Positions 7,035 to 15,550 of a stretch of DNA of 36,300 nt are shown one piece after another. Under the pieces are notes generated by a model. The model made no database searches. It was not told the origin of the DNA and was given only the letters and a program-made list of their open reading frames with translations. The number at the start of each line of letters is the position of its first letter. The stretch's first letter is position 1. The DNA lies in IMG/VR virus record IMGVR_UViG_3300002092_000104, positions 1 through 36,300 of that record. One strand, given 5' to 3'. The position numbers were made by a program, and so were the translations under genes. The stretch comes from a virus. Its lineage: Duplodnaviria > Caudoviricetes.

Positions 7035-8654
7035 ATGGCACGTAAATTTCTGACCCCGATTGACTTAACTCAGAATGAACTACAAAATGCCCGCGTTCAG
7101 AACTTGGGAACCGCGCCATCTTCTCCAGTATCAGGACAGATTTATTACAATACCACCAGTAAAGTTATTTATGTTTACGATGGAACTAACTGGACTCAAG
7201 CGGGTGGGATTACTTACGGATCGTTGGCTTCACGTCCGGCGGCTACTGCGGTATCAGCGGGAACTTTTTATTACGCGACCGATAACTTCTTAATCTATTA
7301 TTCAAACGGTACAACTTGGCAACAAGCAAACGCGTTTGGTTCAGGTCTTTCCACAACGGTAACGATTGCGGGAAGCGCGGCGGATGGATCATCTACTAAC
7401 TACGCGCGCGCGGATCACGCTCACGCGGGACCGGGTTTTGGAACTGTAACGGCGCAAACCTCTTACGGATCTACATCTTCCGATGGTACGGCTACCACGG
7501 TTGCTCATTCAGATCACACACACGGTACTGTGGCAATATCAGGAACTACTCCGGTATCGGTAACGTCAGCCACGGGTACAGTTGGAACTGCTACTTCTGC
7601 GGCTCACGGCGATCACGCTCACGGATTTACTGCGGCAAACTTTGCGCTATCTGCTTTTGGTGTACCTACTGCGTCGGTGTCTTTCAACTCTCAGAAAATT
7701 ACTAACCTTTTAGATCCTACTGCGGCTCAAGATGGAGCGACAAAAAGTTATGTGGACGCGGTTGCGTCCGGATTAAACGTACATAGTGCGGTACAGGTTG
7801 CCACAACTGCGGCTCTACCTACTGGTACTTATGCGGCTGGATCTGCTGGTGCTGATGGTGGAACTGGCGTGGGAGCGACATTCACGGTAACGGCTACGGG
7901 AACAACAACGATTGATACACACGTACTTGTTTTAAATGATCGAGTATTGGTTAAGAATCAAGCGGCTGGATTACAAAACGGTGTTTATACGGTAACAACT
8001 GCTGGAACTACGGGCGTATCAACCGTATTGACTCGCGCGACAGACTACGACAACCATATTGCCGGTCAGGTAATTGCTGGCGATAGTATCTTCGTTATTC
8101 TTGGATCAGCAAACATTTCAACTTCGTGGGTAGAAACCGCGACAGGAACATCTACAACGCCTCTTAACGGTATTAAATTAGGAACAGATTCACTTACCTT
8201 TACGCAATCAGGTTCAGGAACAACTTATACTGCGGGTAACGGTATTACTCTTTCGGGTAGCGCGTTTTCATTCGCTCCATTATCTACAGGCGGTTTAACC
8301 GTAGGTGGTACTGGTGCTACTGCGGCTATCTTGCTTGCTACAAACTCAGGACTTGGAACAACATCAAGCGGATTGGCGGTAGGAGCGGGAACGGGTATCA
8401 CGGTTTCAACCGGTACGGTTTCGGTTGATACATCGGTAGTGGCGCGAAAGTTTTCTCAAACTCTTTCAACATCTTCTACCTCTTATACGATTACTCACAA
8501 CTTGGGAACGCTGGACGTTTTGGTTCAGGTTTATACCGTGTCGGATGGATCGGAAGTAATGGTTGATAACCTGCGGGCTACAACAAATACCGTAACTCTT
8601 AACTTCTCAACCGCTCCATCTGCTAACGCTTATCGTGTAGTTATATTAGGATAA
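7035..8654 (+). CDS. Long virion fibre protein
   Basis: GQIYYNTT module; three DHxH motifs; KITNL.DP…QD.ATK.YVD fibre repeat; DRVLVKNQ…QNGVY domain; YTAGNGITL repeats; C-terminal THNLGT domain. Confidence 0.8.
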   Translation: MARKFLTPIDLTQNELQNARVQNLGTAPSSPVSGQIYYNTTSKVIYVYDGTNWTQAGGITYGSLASRPAATAVSAGTFYYATDNFLIYYSNGTTWQQANAFGSGLSTTVTIAGSAADGSSTNYARADHAHAGPGFGTVTAQTSYGSTSSDGTATTVAHSDHTHGTVAISGTTPVSVTSATGTVGTATSAAHGDHAHGFTAANFALSAFGVPTASVSFNSQKITNLLDPTAAQDGATKSYVDAVASGLNVHSAVQVATTAALPTGTYAAGSAGADGGTGVGATFTVTATGTTTIDTHVLVLNDRVLVKNQAAGLQNGVYTVTTAGTTGVSTVLTRATDYDNHIAGQVIAGDSIFVILGSANISTSWVETATGTSTTPLNGIKLGTDSLTFTQSGSGTTYTAGNGITLSGSAFSFAPLSTGGLTVGGTGATAAILLATNSGLGTTSSGLAVGAGTGITVSTGTVSVDTSVVARKFSQTLSTSSTSYTITHNLGTLDVLVQVYTVSDGSEVMVDNLRATTNTVTLNFSTAPSANAYRVVILG

Positions 8655-8658
8655 TCTA

Positions 8659-8871
8659 ATGAGTAAGTTAGCGTTAGATCCTTTAAATATACAATATCTA
8701 TCAACCGCGCCTACAATTCCTACGTTGCGCGCGGGAGATATTTATTACAATACAACATCTTCTTCGTTACAGGTTTATACTGGTAGCGCGTGGGTGGCGG
8801 CTAATACTGGCGGCGGATCTGTTGCGTATGATTCGGATCAGAACATATTAGCCAATCAGATTTTCGGATAG
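8659..8871 (+). CDS. Small fibre-associated protein
   Basis: GDIYYNTT…LQVY.GSAW module shared with 7035 and 32983. Confidence 0.6.
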   Translation: MSKLALDPLNIQYLSTAPTIPTLRAGDIYYNTTSSSLQVYTGSAWVAANTGGGSVAYDSDQNILANQIFG

Positions 8872-8884
8872 GAAGGGATAATAA

Positions 8885-9247
8885 ATGGCAACGTTTACTA
8901 AAGTACCGCTATCAGGACAAGTAGATGGATCACCGATTTTAGTAGTGGCTACGGCTTCTTCCGGAACTGCGATCCATACAACAGGAACATCCGCGTCGAT
9001 TTATGATGAAATTTGGTTATATGCTTATAACTCATCTACTGCGGCGGTTGCTCTCACGGTTCAATATGGCGGAACAACATCGCCGGATGATGATCTTAAA
9101 ATAACAATTCCATCTTTATCAGGGTTAACTCTTGTTGTACCCGGATTAATTTTGGCTGGTACGGGTGCGGCGGGTAACGTAATTCGCGCTTACGCGGGTA
9201 CGGCTAGCGTTATTACAGTAAGCGGTTACGTAAACAGGATTTCATAA
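8885..9247 (+). CDS. Small beta-rich virion protein, candidate adaptor for the Gly-rich proteins
   Basis: SD GGAAGGGA; Thr/Ala/Val-rich; coupled to the next gene (TAATG). Confidence 0.6.
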   Translation: MATFTKVPLSGQVDGSPILVVATASSGTAIHTTGTSASIYDEIWLYAYNSSTAAVALTVQYGGTTSPDDDLKITIPSLSGLTLVVPGLILAGTGAAGNVIRAYAGTASVITVSGYVNRIS

Positions 9248-10356
9248 TGACTAGCCCAATTAAACGTGGCGAGCCGGGATCTCAGGTTTCGGAATGGTTT
9301 CCATTATCTAATAAAGTAACGGTAACGCAAGCACCTAGAATTCCTATTGTTAATCCCTACGGATTGCCTGTTAGACATACGTTATGTTCTGCGCTTGTAG
9401 TATCAGTTGCGACTTCAGCGGGAACTGCGACGTTTACTGCTCAAAATAAATTTAAAGTCGGCGATAGCGTAACAATTAGCGCAGTAACGCCTACTGGTTA
9501 TAACGGAACTTTTACAGTTACCGCGGCAAATGACACAACATTTTCAATTACTAATGCTACAACTGGTGCAATAACAGTAATAGGTAACGCTACGTTAAAT
9601 ACTGCGCCTGTTTTTCCTAGCGGATTAACTTGGGTATGGGCGGTATGCGTTGGGGGCGGAATGGCTTCAAGTAGTACCGCTACCGTTAATAACGCAGGCG
9701 GCGTTACTGCGGGTTGGGCGCTTGCAGGTTCTACTTATAAAATAGGATACGCTGGATGTGCGGCTTATGTTGGGGGTATTGATTTATATACTCGTTACGG
9801 ACATATTCTTGCAGGTGGCGGTGGGGCTGGACCTGGCATTGGCGGTGCAACAGGCACTGGCGGAACAAGTTATTGGGGGCAACCCGGTGGTACAGGGTGT
9901 TCAGCAACTGGAACATTTGCTTCGCCGGGACCCGGCGGTGGTGGTGGATGTGCGACAAATACAACTGCTCTTATAGGGGTAAATGGAGCGAATGGAACTT
10001 CGGGTGGCGGTGGGCAAAGTTTATCGGTTGCAACAGGGACGGTAGTTGCTGGTAATGGCGGGAGCGGTTTCGTAGGCGGTGGCGGCGGGGCTACTGCTTC
10101 AAGCGGTAGTCGTACTGGTGGTAACGGGGGAAATGGAATAGGTATTGACGGAACTATTTATACGGGTGGTTCAGGGAATACGGGTACTAATGCTAACGGT
10201 GCGGGTGGTGGTGGTGCGGGTATGGCGGGTAATGGTTTAAACGCTACGACAAGTAGGGGCGGACACGGTGGTTTAGGTGGTGGCGCTGGTGGGGCTTCAA
10301 GTTCGGGTGTTACTGGCAACGGTGGCGGTGGCGGATTAATTTATTTATGTTATTAG
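9247..10356 (+). CDS. Glycine-rich virion protein, paralog 1
   Basis: PYGL, GW, YG..AGGG, many GGxGG tracts, C-terminal GGGLIYLCY. Confidence 0.8.
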   Translation: MTSPIKRGEPGSQVSEWFPLSNKVTVTQAPRIPIVNPYGLPVRHTLCSALVVSVATSAGTATFTAQNKFKVGDSVTISAVTPTGYNGTFTVTAANDTTFSITNATTGAITVIGNATLNTAPVFPSGLTWVWAVCVGGGMASSSTATVNNAGGVTAGWALAGSTYKIGYAGCAAYVGGIDLYTRYGHILAGGGGAGPGIGGATGTGGTSYWGQPGGTGCSATGTFASPGPGGGGGCATNTTALIGVNGANGTSGGGGQSLSVATGTVVAGNGGSGFVGGGGGATASSGSRTGGNGGNGIGIDGTIYTGGSGNTGTNANGAGGGGAGMAGNGLNATTSRGGHGGLGGGAGGASSSGVTGNGGGGGLIYLCY

Positions 10357-10368
10357 GGGATATTTATT

Positions 10369-11289
10369 ATGGATAAAAAACGCGGTGAAGTAGGATCACA
10401 AGTATCTTCGTGGTTTCCATCTACAAATAAATTTACATCTAAAGGTTTTACATCTTCAATTCTTCCTTACGGGTTACAACTTCGACAAACAATTTCATCG
10501 GGAACTACCGTTACGCTTCCGGCTGGGTTAACTTTTGTTTACGCTATTTTGGCTGGACCGGGGGCAACAGGCGGTACTTTTAACGGTGGTGGTGGCGCGG
10601 GTCAACTTACTTGGGGTTGGACTTTTGCTGATACAACTTGCTTAATAGGTGCTGTGGGAAATAACAACTATACAAGATACGGACATCTTTTTGCGGGTAC
10701 AGGTGGAAATGGAACATCCGCTACACTTTTTGCTGGCGCTGGTGGCGGCGGTGGAACCAGTGGAACTTCCGTTGGGCAAGCAGGTAAAGTTAATTTTTGG
10801 GGTATGCCAGCGGGTAATCTTGGTGTGGCTGCTCCCGCACAAGGAGCGTCAGCCGCACAAGGTACTGGCGGTTCACCTTGGACGACTGCTGGCATAAGCG
10901 TGGGCGGAGCAGGTGGAGATGGAATCTCAGGCGGGGGCGGGGGAGCAAACAGTAGTACTACAAATACTTCTGCTCAAACTGGCGGAGCGGGTGGTAATGG
11001 CATAATTGGTGGCGGTGGCGGCGCGGTTACCGCTAGCACTGGATCTCGTATTGGTGGCGCTGGTGGCAACGGATTTAATATATTTACTGGTGCTATTCGT
11101 ACTGGTGGTTCAGGGTCAACGGGTACTGGTGCTAACGGCTCAGGTGGCGGTGGAGCGGGTATTGCGGGCAACGGTAGTAACGCAGTTACAACAACTGGTG
11201 GTGCTGGTGGTTTAGGTGGCGGCGGTGGCGGCGGTGGATCTACAACGGGTGGCGCGGGCGGCGCGGGAATACTTTATCTTTTTTACTAA
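10369..11289 (+). CDS. Glycine-rich virion protein, paralog 2
   Basis: Shares the KRGE.GSQVS.WFP N-terminus with paralog 1; ends GGAGILYLFY. Confidence 0.8.
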   Translation: MDKKRGEVGSQVSSWFPSTNKFTSKGFTSSILPYGLQLRQTISSGTTVTLPAGLTFVYAILAGPGATGGTFNGGGGAGQLTWGWTFADTTCLIGAVGNNNYTRYGHLFAGTGGNGTSATLFAGAGGGGGTSGTSVGQAGKVNFWGMPAGNLGVAAPAQGASAAQGTGGSPWTTAGISVGGAGGDGISGGGGGANSSTTNTSAQTGGAGGNGIIGGGGGAVTASTGSRIGGAGGNGFNIFTGAIRTGGSGSTGTGANGSGGGGAGIAGNGSNAVTTTGGAGGLGGGGGGGGSTTGGAGGAGILYLFY

Positions 11290-11301
11290 GATGGGAAAAT
11301 A

Positions 11302-12396
11302 ATGAGCGCAACTTTTTACGATAATCCACAATTTACCGATTCGCCTTATGGATTACTTTTACAACAAACAATTACATCTTCCGGATCGGTAACGATCCCT
11401 AGCAATATAACTCGCGTATGGGCTATTGCTATTGGCGGCGGTGGCGGCGGTGGTTCAACCGTTGCTGGCGGAATACCCGGTGGCGGTGGCGGTGGCGGTG
11501 GTTTTTCAATGGGATGGACTTTTCCTGCAAATACTTGCACTATTGGCGCTGGTAAAATTGGTTCTATTGCCGCAGTTAATCAAACCCAACCATTAGGCTC
11601 AACGTCTTATGGAGTAGTAGTTGCTGGCGGCGGTGGGGCGGGCGGTAATAACAACGGTACTGGTGGCTCAGGGGAACTTGGTGGTGGTCAGGGTGGGTCA
11701 TCGGGACAAAATATTGGTGGAACCTCACAAGCAAGTTTTACAGGTGCGCCAGCGGGCGTAGGTGCGACTGTTGGCGCTCTCGCGAGTAACGCCGTAGTAG
11801 GTTCTTCGGGATGGGGTTCTGCAGGAAACGCAGTTGGTGGTTCAGGAATTTCAGGTGGCGGCGCGGCTAGTGTGGCGGCGGTTGGTGGGGCAACTGGTGG
11901 TTCGGGTTTAATCGGCGGCGGTGGTGCGTCGCCAACAAGCGGTCAAGGCGGAGCAGGTGGTAATGGTGGTAGTGGAAAAGGTGGCGCGGGTGGTACAGGC
12001 GTAAATGCTGGCGGAGTTATTGGCGGCGCGGGTGGCGGCGGGGCGGGATACGTTTCTGCTGGCGGAAGCGCAACTTTAAATACTGCAACAATTACAAATG
12101 TTACGGGATCAGGAACAGTAATAACTTATACTGCTAATAATACTTTTTCAGCCAACCAATACGTTTCAGTATCAAGCGTAAACCCAACCGCTTACAATAT
12201 AGGCGGCGTAATAACAACGGTATCTTCTACACAATTTACACTAGCGGGCGCGACTACTACTGCTTACGTTTCCGGTGGTAGTGCTTCGGTTGCGTTTGCT
12301 GGCAATGGCGGATTAGGTGGTGGCGGCGGTGGTGGAAGTTTTCAAACCATGCAAGGCGGTACGGGTGGCGCAGGTATACTTTATTTATACTACTAA
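11302..12396 (+). CDS. Glycine-rich virion protein, paralog 3
   Basis: FTDSPYGL.LQQTI.SSGSVTIPS; ends GGAGILYLYY. Confidence 0.8.
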   Translation: MSATFYDNPQFTDSPYGLLLQQTITSSGSVTIPSNITRVWAIAIGGGGGGGSTVAGGIPGGGGGGGGFSMGWTFPANTCTIGAGKIGSIAAVNQTQPLGSTSYGVVVAGGGGAGGNNNGTGGSGELGGGQGGSSGQNIGGTSQASFTGAPAGVGATVGALASNAVVGSSGWGSAGNAVGGSGISGGGAASVAAVGGATGGSGLIGGGGASPTSGQGGAGGNGGSGKGGAGGTGVNAGGVIGGAGGGGAGYVSAGGSATLNTATITNVTGSGTVITYTANNTFSANQYVSVSSVNPTAYNIGGVITTVSSTQFTLAGATTTAYVSGGSASVAFAGNGGLGGGGGGGSFQTMQGGTGGAGILYLYY

Positions 12397-12405
12397 GGGG
12401 ACTAT

Positions 12406-13521
12406 ATGAGTATAAGCATACAATCTAATTCTTCATTCACCGATACCCCTTATGGGCTTAAATTACAACAAACGATTGCGTCAAGCGGATCAGTAACGAT
12501 TCCATCAGGGACACAAAGAGTTTATGCAGTTTGTATTGGCGGTGGCGGTGGCGGCGGCTCAAGTTCAACAATGGCTGGCGGCGGCGGCGCGGGCGGGTTT
12601 TCTGCTGGGTGGACTTTTGCCGTTAATACTTGCACCGTTGGAACTGGCGGCGCAGGTGGCATAAATCAATCGTTTGGTTCAACTGGTATTTCAACGGTTT
12701 ATGGAATGGTAGTTGGCGGCGGTGGTGGGGGTGGAATTGGAACAACATCTTCAACTTTATTGGCTTCATATGGAGCAGGTGGCGGTGGTGGTGGATCTTC
12801 TTCTACAACTGGACTTGTTGGCGGCGTAAGTTATACGGGCGCGCTTGCTGGAAGCGCGGGTTCCGGATTAGGTTACGGCGGCGGCGGCGGGAGCGCAAGC
12901 ACAACCCTTGCAGTTGGCGGCGTGGGTGCAGACGGAGTTTCGGGCGGCGGTGGTGGGGGTAACTCAAGCGCTACAACAACTGGAGTTGCGGCTGGCGCTG
13001 GTGGTAGTGGATTAATTGGTGGTGGCGGTGGTTCGGGAAATACATTAGGAAACGCTAGCACTTTTACTGGTGGTAACGGCGGGGCAGGGTTAGGTGGAGC
13101 GGGCGGAACTGCTTCTAGCGTTGCTGGTGTGCCAACTTCGGTAACGATTACTAACGCAGTTGGATCAGGATCAGTAATAACTTACACGGCAACAAATAGT
13201 TATACCGCAGGACAAATAGTTACTATTTTTGGAGTTTTAGGATTTACCACTGCTAATTTAGGCGGTGTAACGATTGCTTCTGCTTCATCTACTCAATTTA
13301 CTGTAAATAGCACGGCTACTGGAACATATACTTCGGGCGGAACTGCAAATATATATTCTTTAAGCGGTGGTGGTGGTGGAGCGGGATATATTTCAGCAGG
13401 ATCTAATGCTTCGGGTAATAACGGTGGAGCGGGCGGCAACGGCGGTGGTGGTGGTGGTGCGGGAAATAACTATGGAACTGGCGGCGCGGGCGGCGCTGGC
13501 ATACTGTATCTTTACTATTAA
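12406..13521 (+). CDS. Glycine-rich virion protein, paralog 4
   Basis: FTDTPYGL.LQQTI.SSGSVTIPS; ends GGAGILYLYY. Confidence 0.8.
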   Translation: MSISIQSNSSFTDTPYGLKLQQTIASSGSVTIPSGTQRVYAVCIGGGGGGGSSSTMAGGGGAGGFSAGWTFAVNTCTVGTGGAGGINQSFGSTGISTVYGMVVGGGGGGGIGTTSSTLLASYGAGGGGGGSSSTTGLVGGVSYTGALAGSAGSGLGYGGGGGSASTTLAVGGVGADGVSGGGGGGNSSATTTGVAAGAGGSGLIGGGGGSGNTLGNASTFTGGNGGAGLGGAGGTASSVAGVPTSVTITNAVGSGSVITYTATNSYTAGQIVTIFGVLGFTTANLGGVTIASASSTQFTVNSTATGTYTSGGTANIYSLSGGGGGAGYISAGSNASGNNGGAGGNGGGGGGAGNNYGTGGAGGAGILYLYY

Positions 13522-13535
13522 GAATAGGGGAAAAA

Positions 13536-13682
13536 ATGGCGATTCGATATGAATATAACTGCGATAAATGCGGGCGTGGATATATAGAACAAAGAGAAGT
13601 AGATTTAGATCAGATAGTAAAAAACTGCGAATGTAGCGGGACTTTCAACCTTTCAAATGAAACACCTTTAGAAAATATTTAA
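13536..13682 (+). CDS. Small zinc-ribbon protein, 48 aa (MAIRYEYNCDKCG…NCEC…), not in ORF track
   Basis: AGGGG SD; YEY.C..CG start resembles FmdB-type zinc ribbons; TAA 13680-13682. Confidence 0.65.
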   Translation: MAIRYEYNCDKCGRGYIEQREVDLDQIVKNCECSGTFNLSNETPLENI

Positions 13683-13687
13683 TAGCA

Positions 13688-13693
13688 CTATAC
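13688..13693 (+). promoter_or_regulatory. Possible -10 element (TATACT) upstream of the portal gene
   Basis: Near-consensus hexamer in a 50-nt AT-rich intergenic gap; no clear -35. Confidence 0.3.
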
Positions 13694-13732
13694 TTAATTG
13701 ATACTGAACCATAAAAATAATAGGAGAACAAA

Positions 13733-15550
13733 ATGGGTTTGTTAGATAATCTTGCCAAAAAAGTGGCGGAAGAAATAACTAAAGCACCAAAACTCCCTGC
13801 TGGAACAGTAACAATGACCGAAACAGAAATGCGTAACGGTTTAATGTATCAACAACAATACGGGACTACCGAGCCTTTATTAAGAGATCAAGTTTTGCCA
13901 TCCGTACCTTTCGGACCGGGAAGTCCATTATTGCCCGGAGCGATTAACCCAGTTGGAGATCGTGGACGACCTGACCCACGCCGTTATGAATATCAGGTAG
14001 CACAAAATATAAATATTACTGCAACCAAGTTAGTGCCTTTTGAAACATTGAGAGCGGCGGCTGATCAGGTTGATATTGTTCGTAGATGTATTGAAGTTTT
14101 AAAAAATAAAATGATTGGTTTGGATTGGGATATTACCCTTTCAGATCAAGCGGCGGAAAGAATTACTTCGGAAACAGGCGGCGATCATCTTAGAGCGATG
14201 GAGAAGGCGCGGGATAAGTTCACGCCTGAGATTGCTCGCTTGCGCGCATTTTGGGAAACTCCGGATAAATCAAATGGTTTAACTTTTTCCGATTGGCTAA
14301 TGATTTCGTTAGAAGAAATTTTAGTGTTAGACGCGTGGTCAGTATGGCCTCAAACCGCGATTAATAAAGAACTTTACGGATTTCAAATCCTAGACGGATC
14401 AACAATTAAACCATTATTAGATGATCGCGGTATGCGTCCACAATCACCGTTTCCTGCTTATCAACAGATTCTTTACGGATTCCCTAGAAGCGAATTCAGC
14501 GCGACAAGAGAAGATGAATCGGCAGATGGAGAGTTTAGTGCTGACGAACTTTCTTATATGGTGCGTAATCGACGTACGTTTAGCGTTTATGGTTATTCGC
14601 CAGTAGAACGTTGCTTACCGCTAGCGGATCTATATTTAAAGCGTCAAGCGTGGCTTCGCGCGGAATATACCGATGGCGTTATGCCGGAAATGATTATTGA
14701 ATCGGACGCTACGTTTGGAAATAACCCTGAGTTATTGCGCGCGTATGAAAATATCCTAAATGATGATCTTTCAGGACAGACAGAACAACGCGTACGCGCG
14801 AAGTTAATGCCAGCAGGTTTAACCGTAAAGCAATTTGAAGGTTACGGGGAACGATTTAAAGATGTATTAGATGATTACTTAGTCACATCTATTTGTGGAC
14901 ATTTTGGAATTATGCCAACCGAAATTGGATTTACTCCTAAGTCGGGGTTAGGCGGCAAGGGACATCAGGATGGAGAAGCCCAAAGCGCAGAATTAATTGG
15001 TTTAATGCCGTTGGCTAATTGGATTTCAAAGATGATCACAAACCTTTCATATACATATTTAAATATGCCACGCGAACTAGAATTCGCTTTAATGCCATCT
15101 TCTCAAAGCGATACTAAAGAAACTGCTGAAAGAGATGACGTTCAAACTCGCGGGGGACGTAAGACAATTAATGAATCACGCGCGGATCTAGGATTACCTT
15201 TATTGGATACTCCTGAGGCTGATATGCCAATATTGGTAGCGGGATCTTCCGTATTCTTGTTTACTCCGGATGGTTTGGTTTCAGCAGGTGTGCCTGATCC
15301 TGTTACTGATCCGCTCGCAACTGATACTCCTGATACTCCAGCCAAAACCCCTGATACTCCAACCGAAACTCCGACTAAAGCGGAGAAGCAAGAGTTGGGG
15401 AGATTTGAAAGATGGATCGAAAAGGGAGTCAGAAATCGGACGTTTAAATTTTATAATGTAGATCCGATAGTAGGCGAAGCGTTGAATAGGTGTTTAGAAG
15501 ATGGGGATATAGACACGGCGCGTAACCTAATTTCTGCCTATATATCGTGA
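13733..15550 (+). CDS. Portal protein
   Basis: LDGSTIKP, YGYSPVE, G.MP, ICGHFGI.P.EIG, TINE.RA.LGLP portal motifs; AGGAG SD. Confidence 0.92.
   Translation: MGLLDNLAKKVAEEITKAPKLPAGTVTMTETEMRNGLMYQQQYGTTEPLLRDQVLPSVPFGPGSPLLPGAINPVGDRGRPDPRRYEYQVAQNINITATKLVPFETLRAAADQVDIVRRCIEVLKNKMIGLDWDITLSDQAAERITSETGGDHLRAMEKARDKFTPEIARLRAFWETPDKSNGLTFSDWLMISLEEILVLDAWSVWPQTAINKELYGFQILDGSTIKPLLDDRGMRPQSPFPAYQQILYGFPRSEFSATREDESADGEFSADELSYMVRNRRTFSVYGYSPVERCLPLADLYLKRQAWLRAEYTDGVMPEMIIESDATFGNNPELLRAYENILNDDLSGQTEQRVRAKLMPAGLTVKQFEGYGERFKDVLDDYLVTSICGHFGIMPTEIGFTPKSGLGGKGHQDGEAQSAELIGLMPLANWISKMITNLSYTYLNMPRELEFALMPSSQSDTKETAERDDVQTRGGRKTINESRADLGLPLLDTPEADMPILVAGSSVFLFTPDGLVSAGVPDPVTDPLATDTPDTPAKTPDTPTETPTKAEKQELGRFERWIEKGVRNRTFKFYNVDPIVGEALNRCLEDGDIDTARNLISAYIS

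Noticed and set aside
9247-13521. Diversity-generating retroelement or invertible cassette behind the paralog array
   Set aside because: No reverse transcriptase or invertase, no near-identical TR/VR pair differing at adenines, and all copies are full-length on one strand.
9247-13521. Antifreeze/ice-binding role for the Gly-rich proteins
   Set aside because: Only a compositional resemblance to PGII antifreeze proteins; no regular Gly-X-X periodicity throughout and no other support.
9731-13552. Poly-Pro minus-strand ORFs and Trp/Arg-rich alternate-frame ORFs over the Gly-rich genes
   Set aside because: Shadows of GGN codon runs; no RBS and fully nested in well-supported genes.
15290-15375. 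CTGATACTCC repeats at the portal 3' end
   Set aside because: They encode a low-complexity DTP linker; no sign of a DNA-level function.
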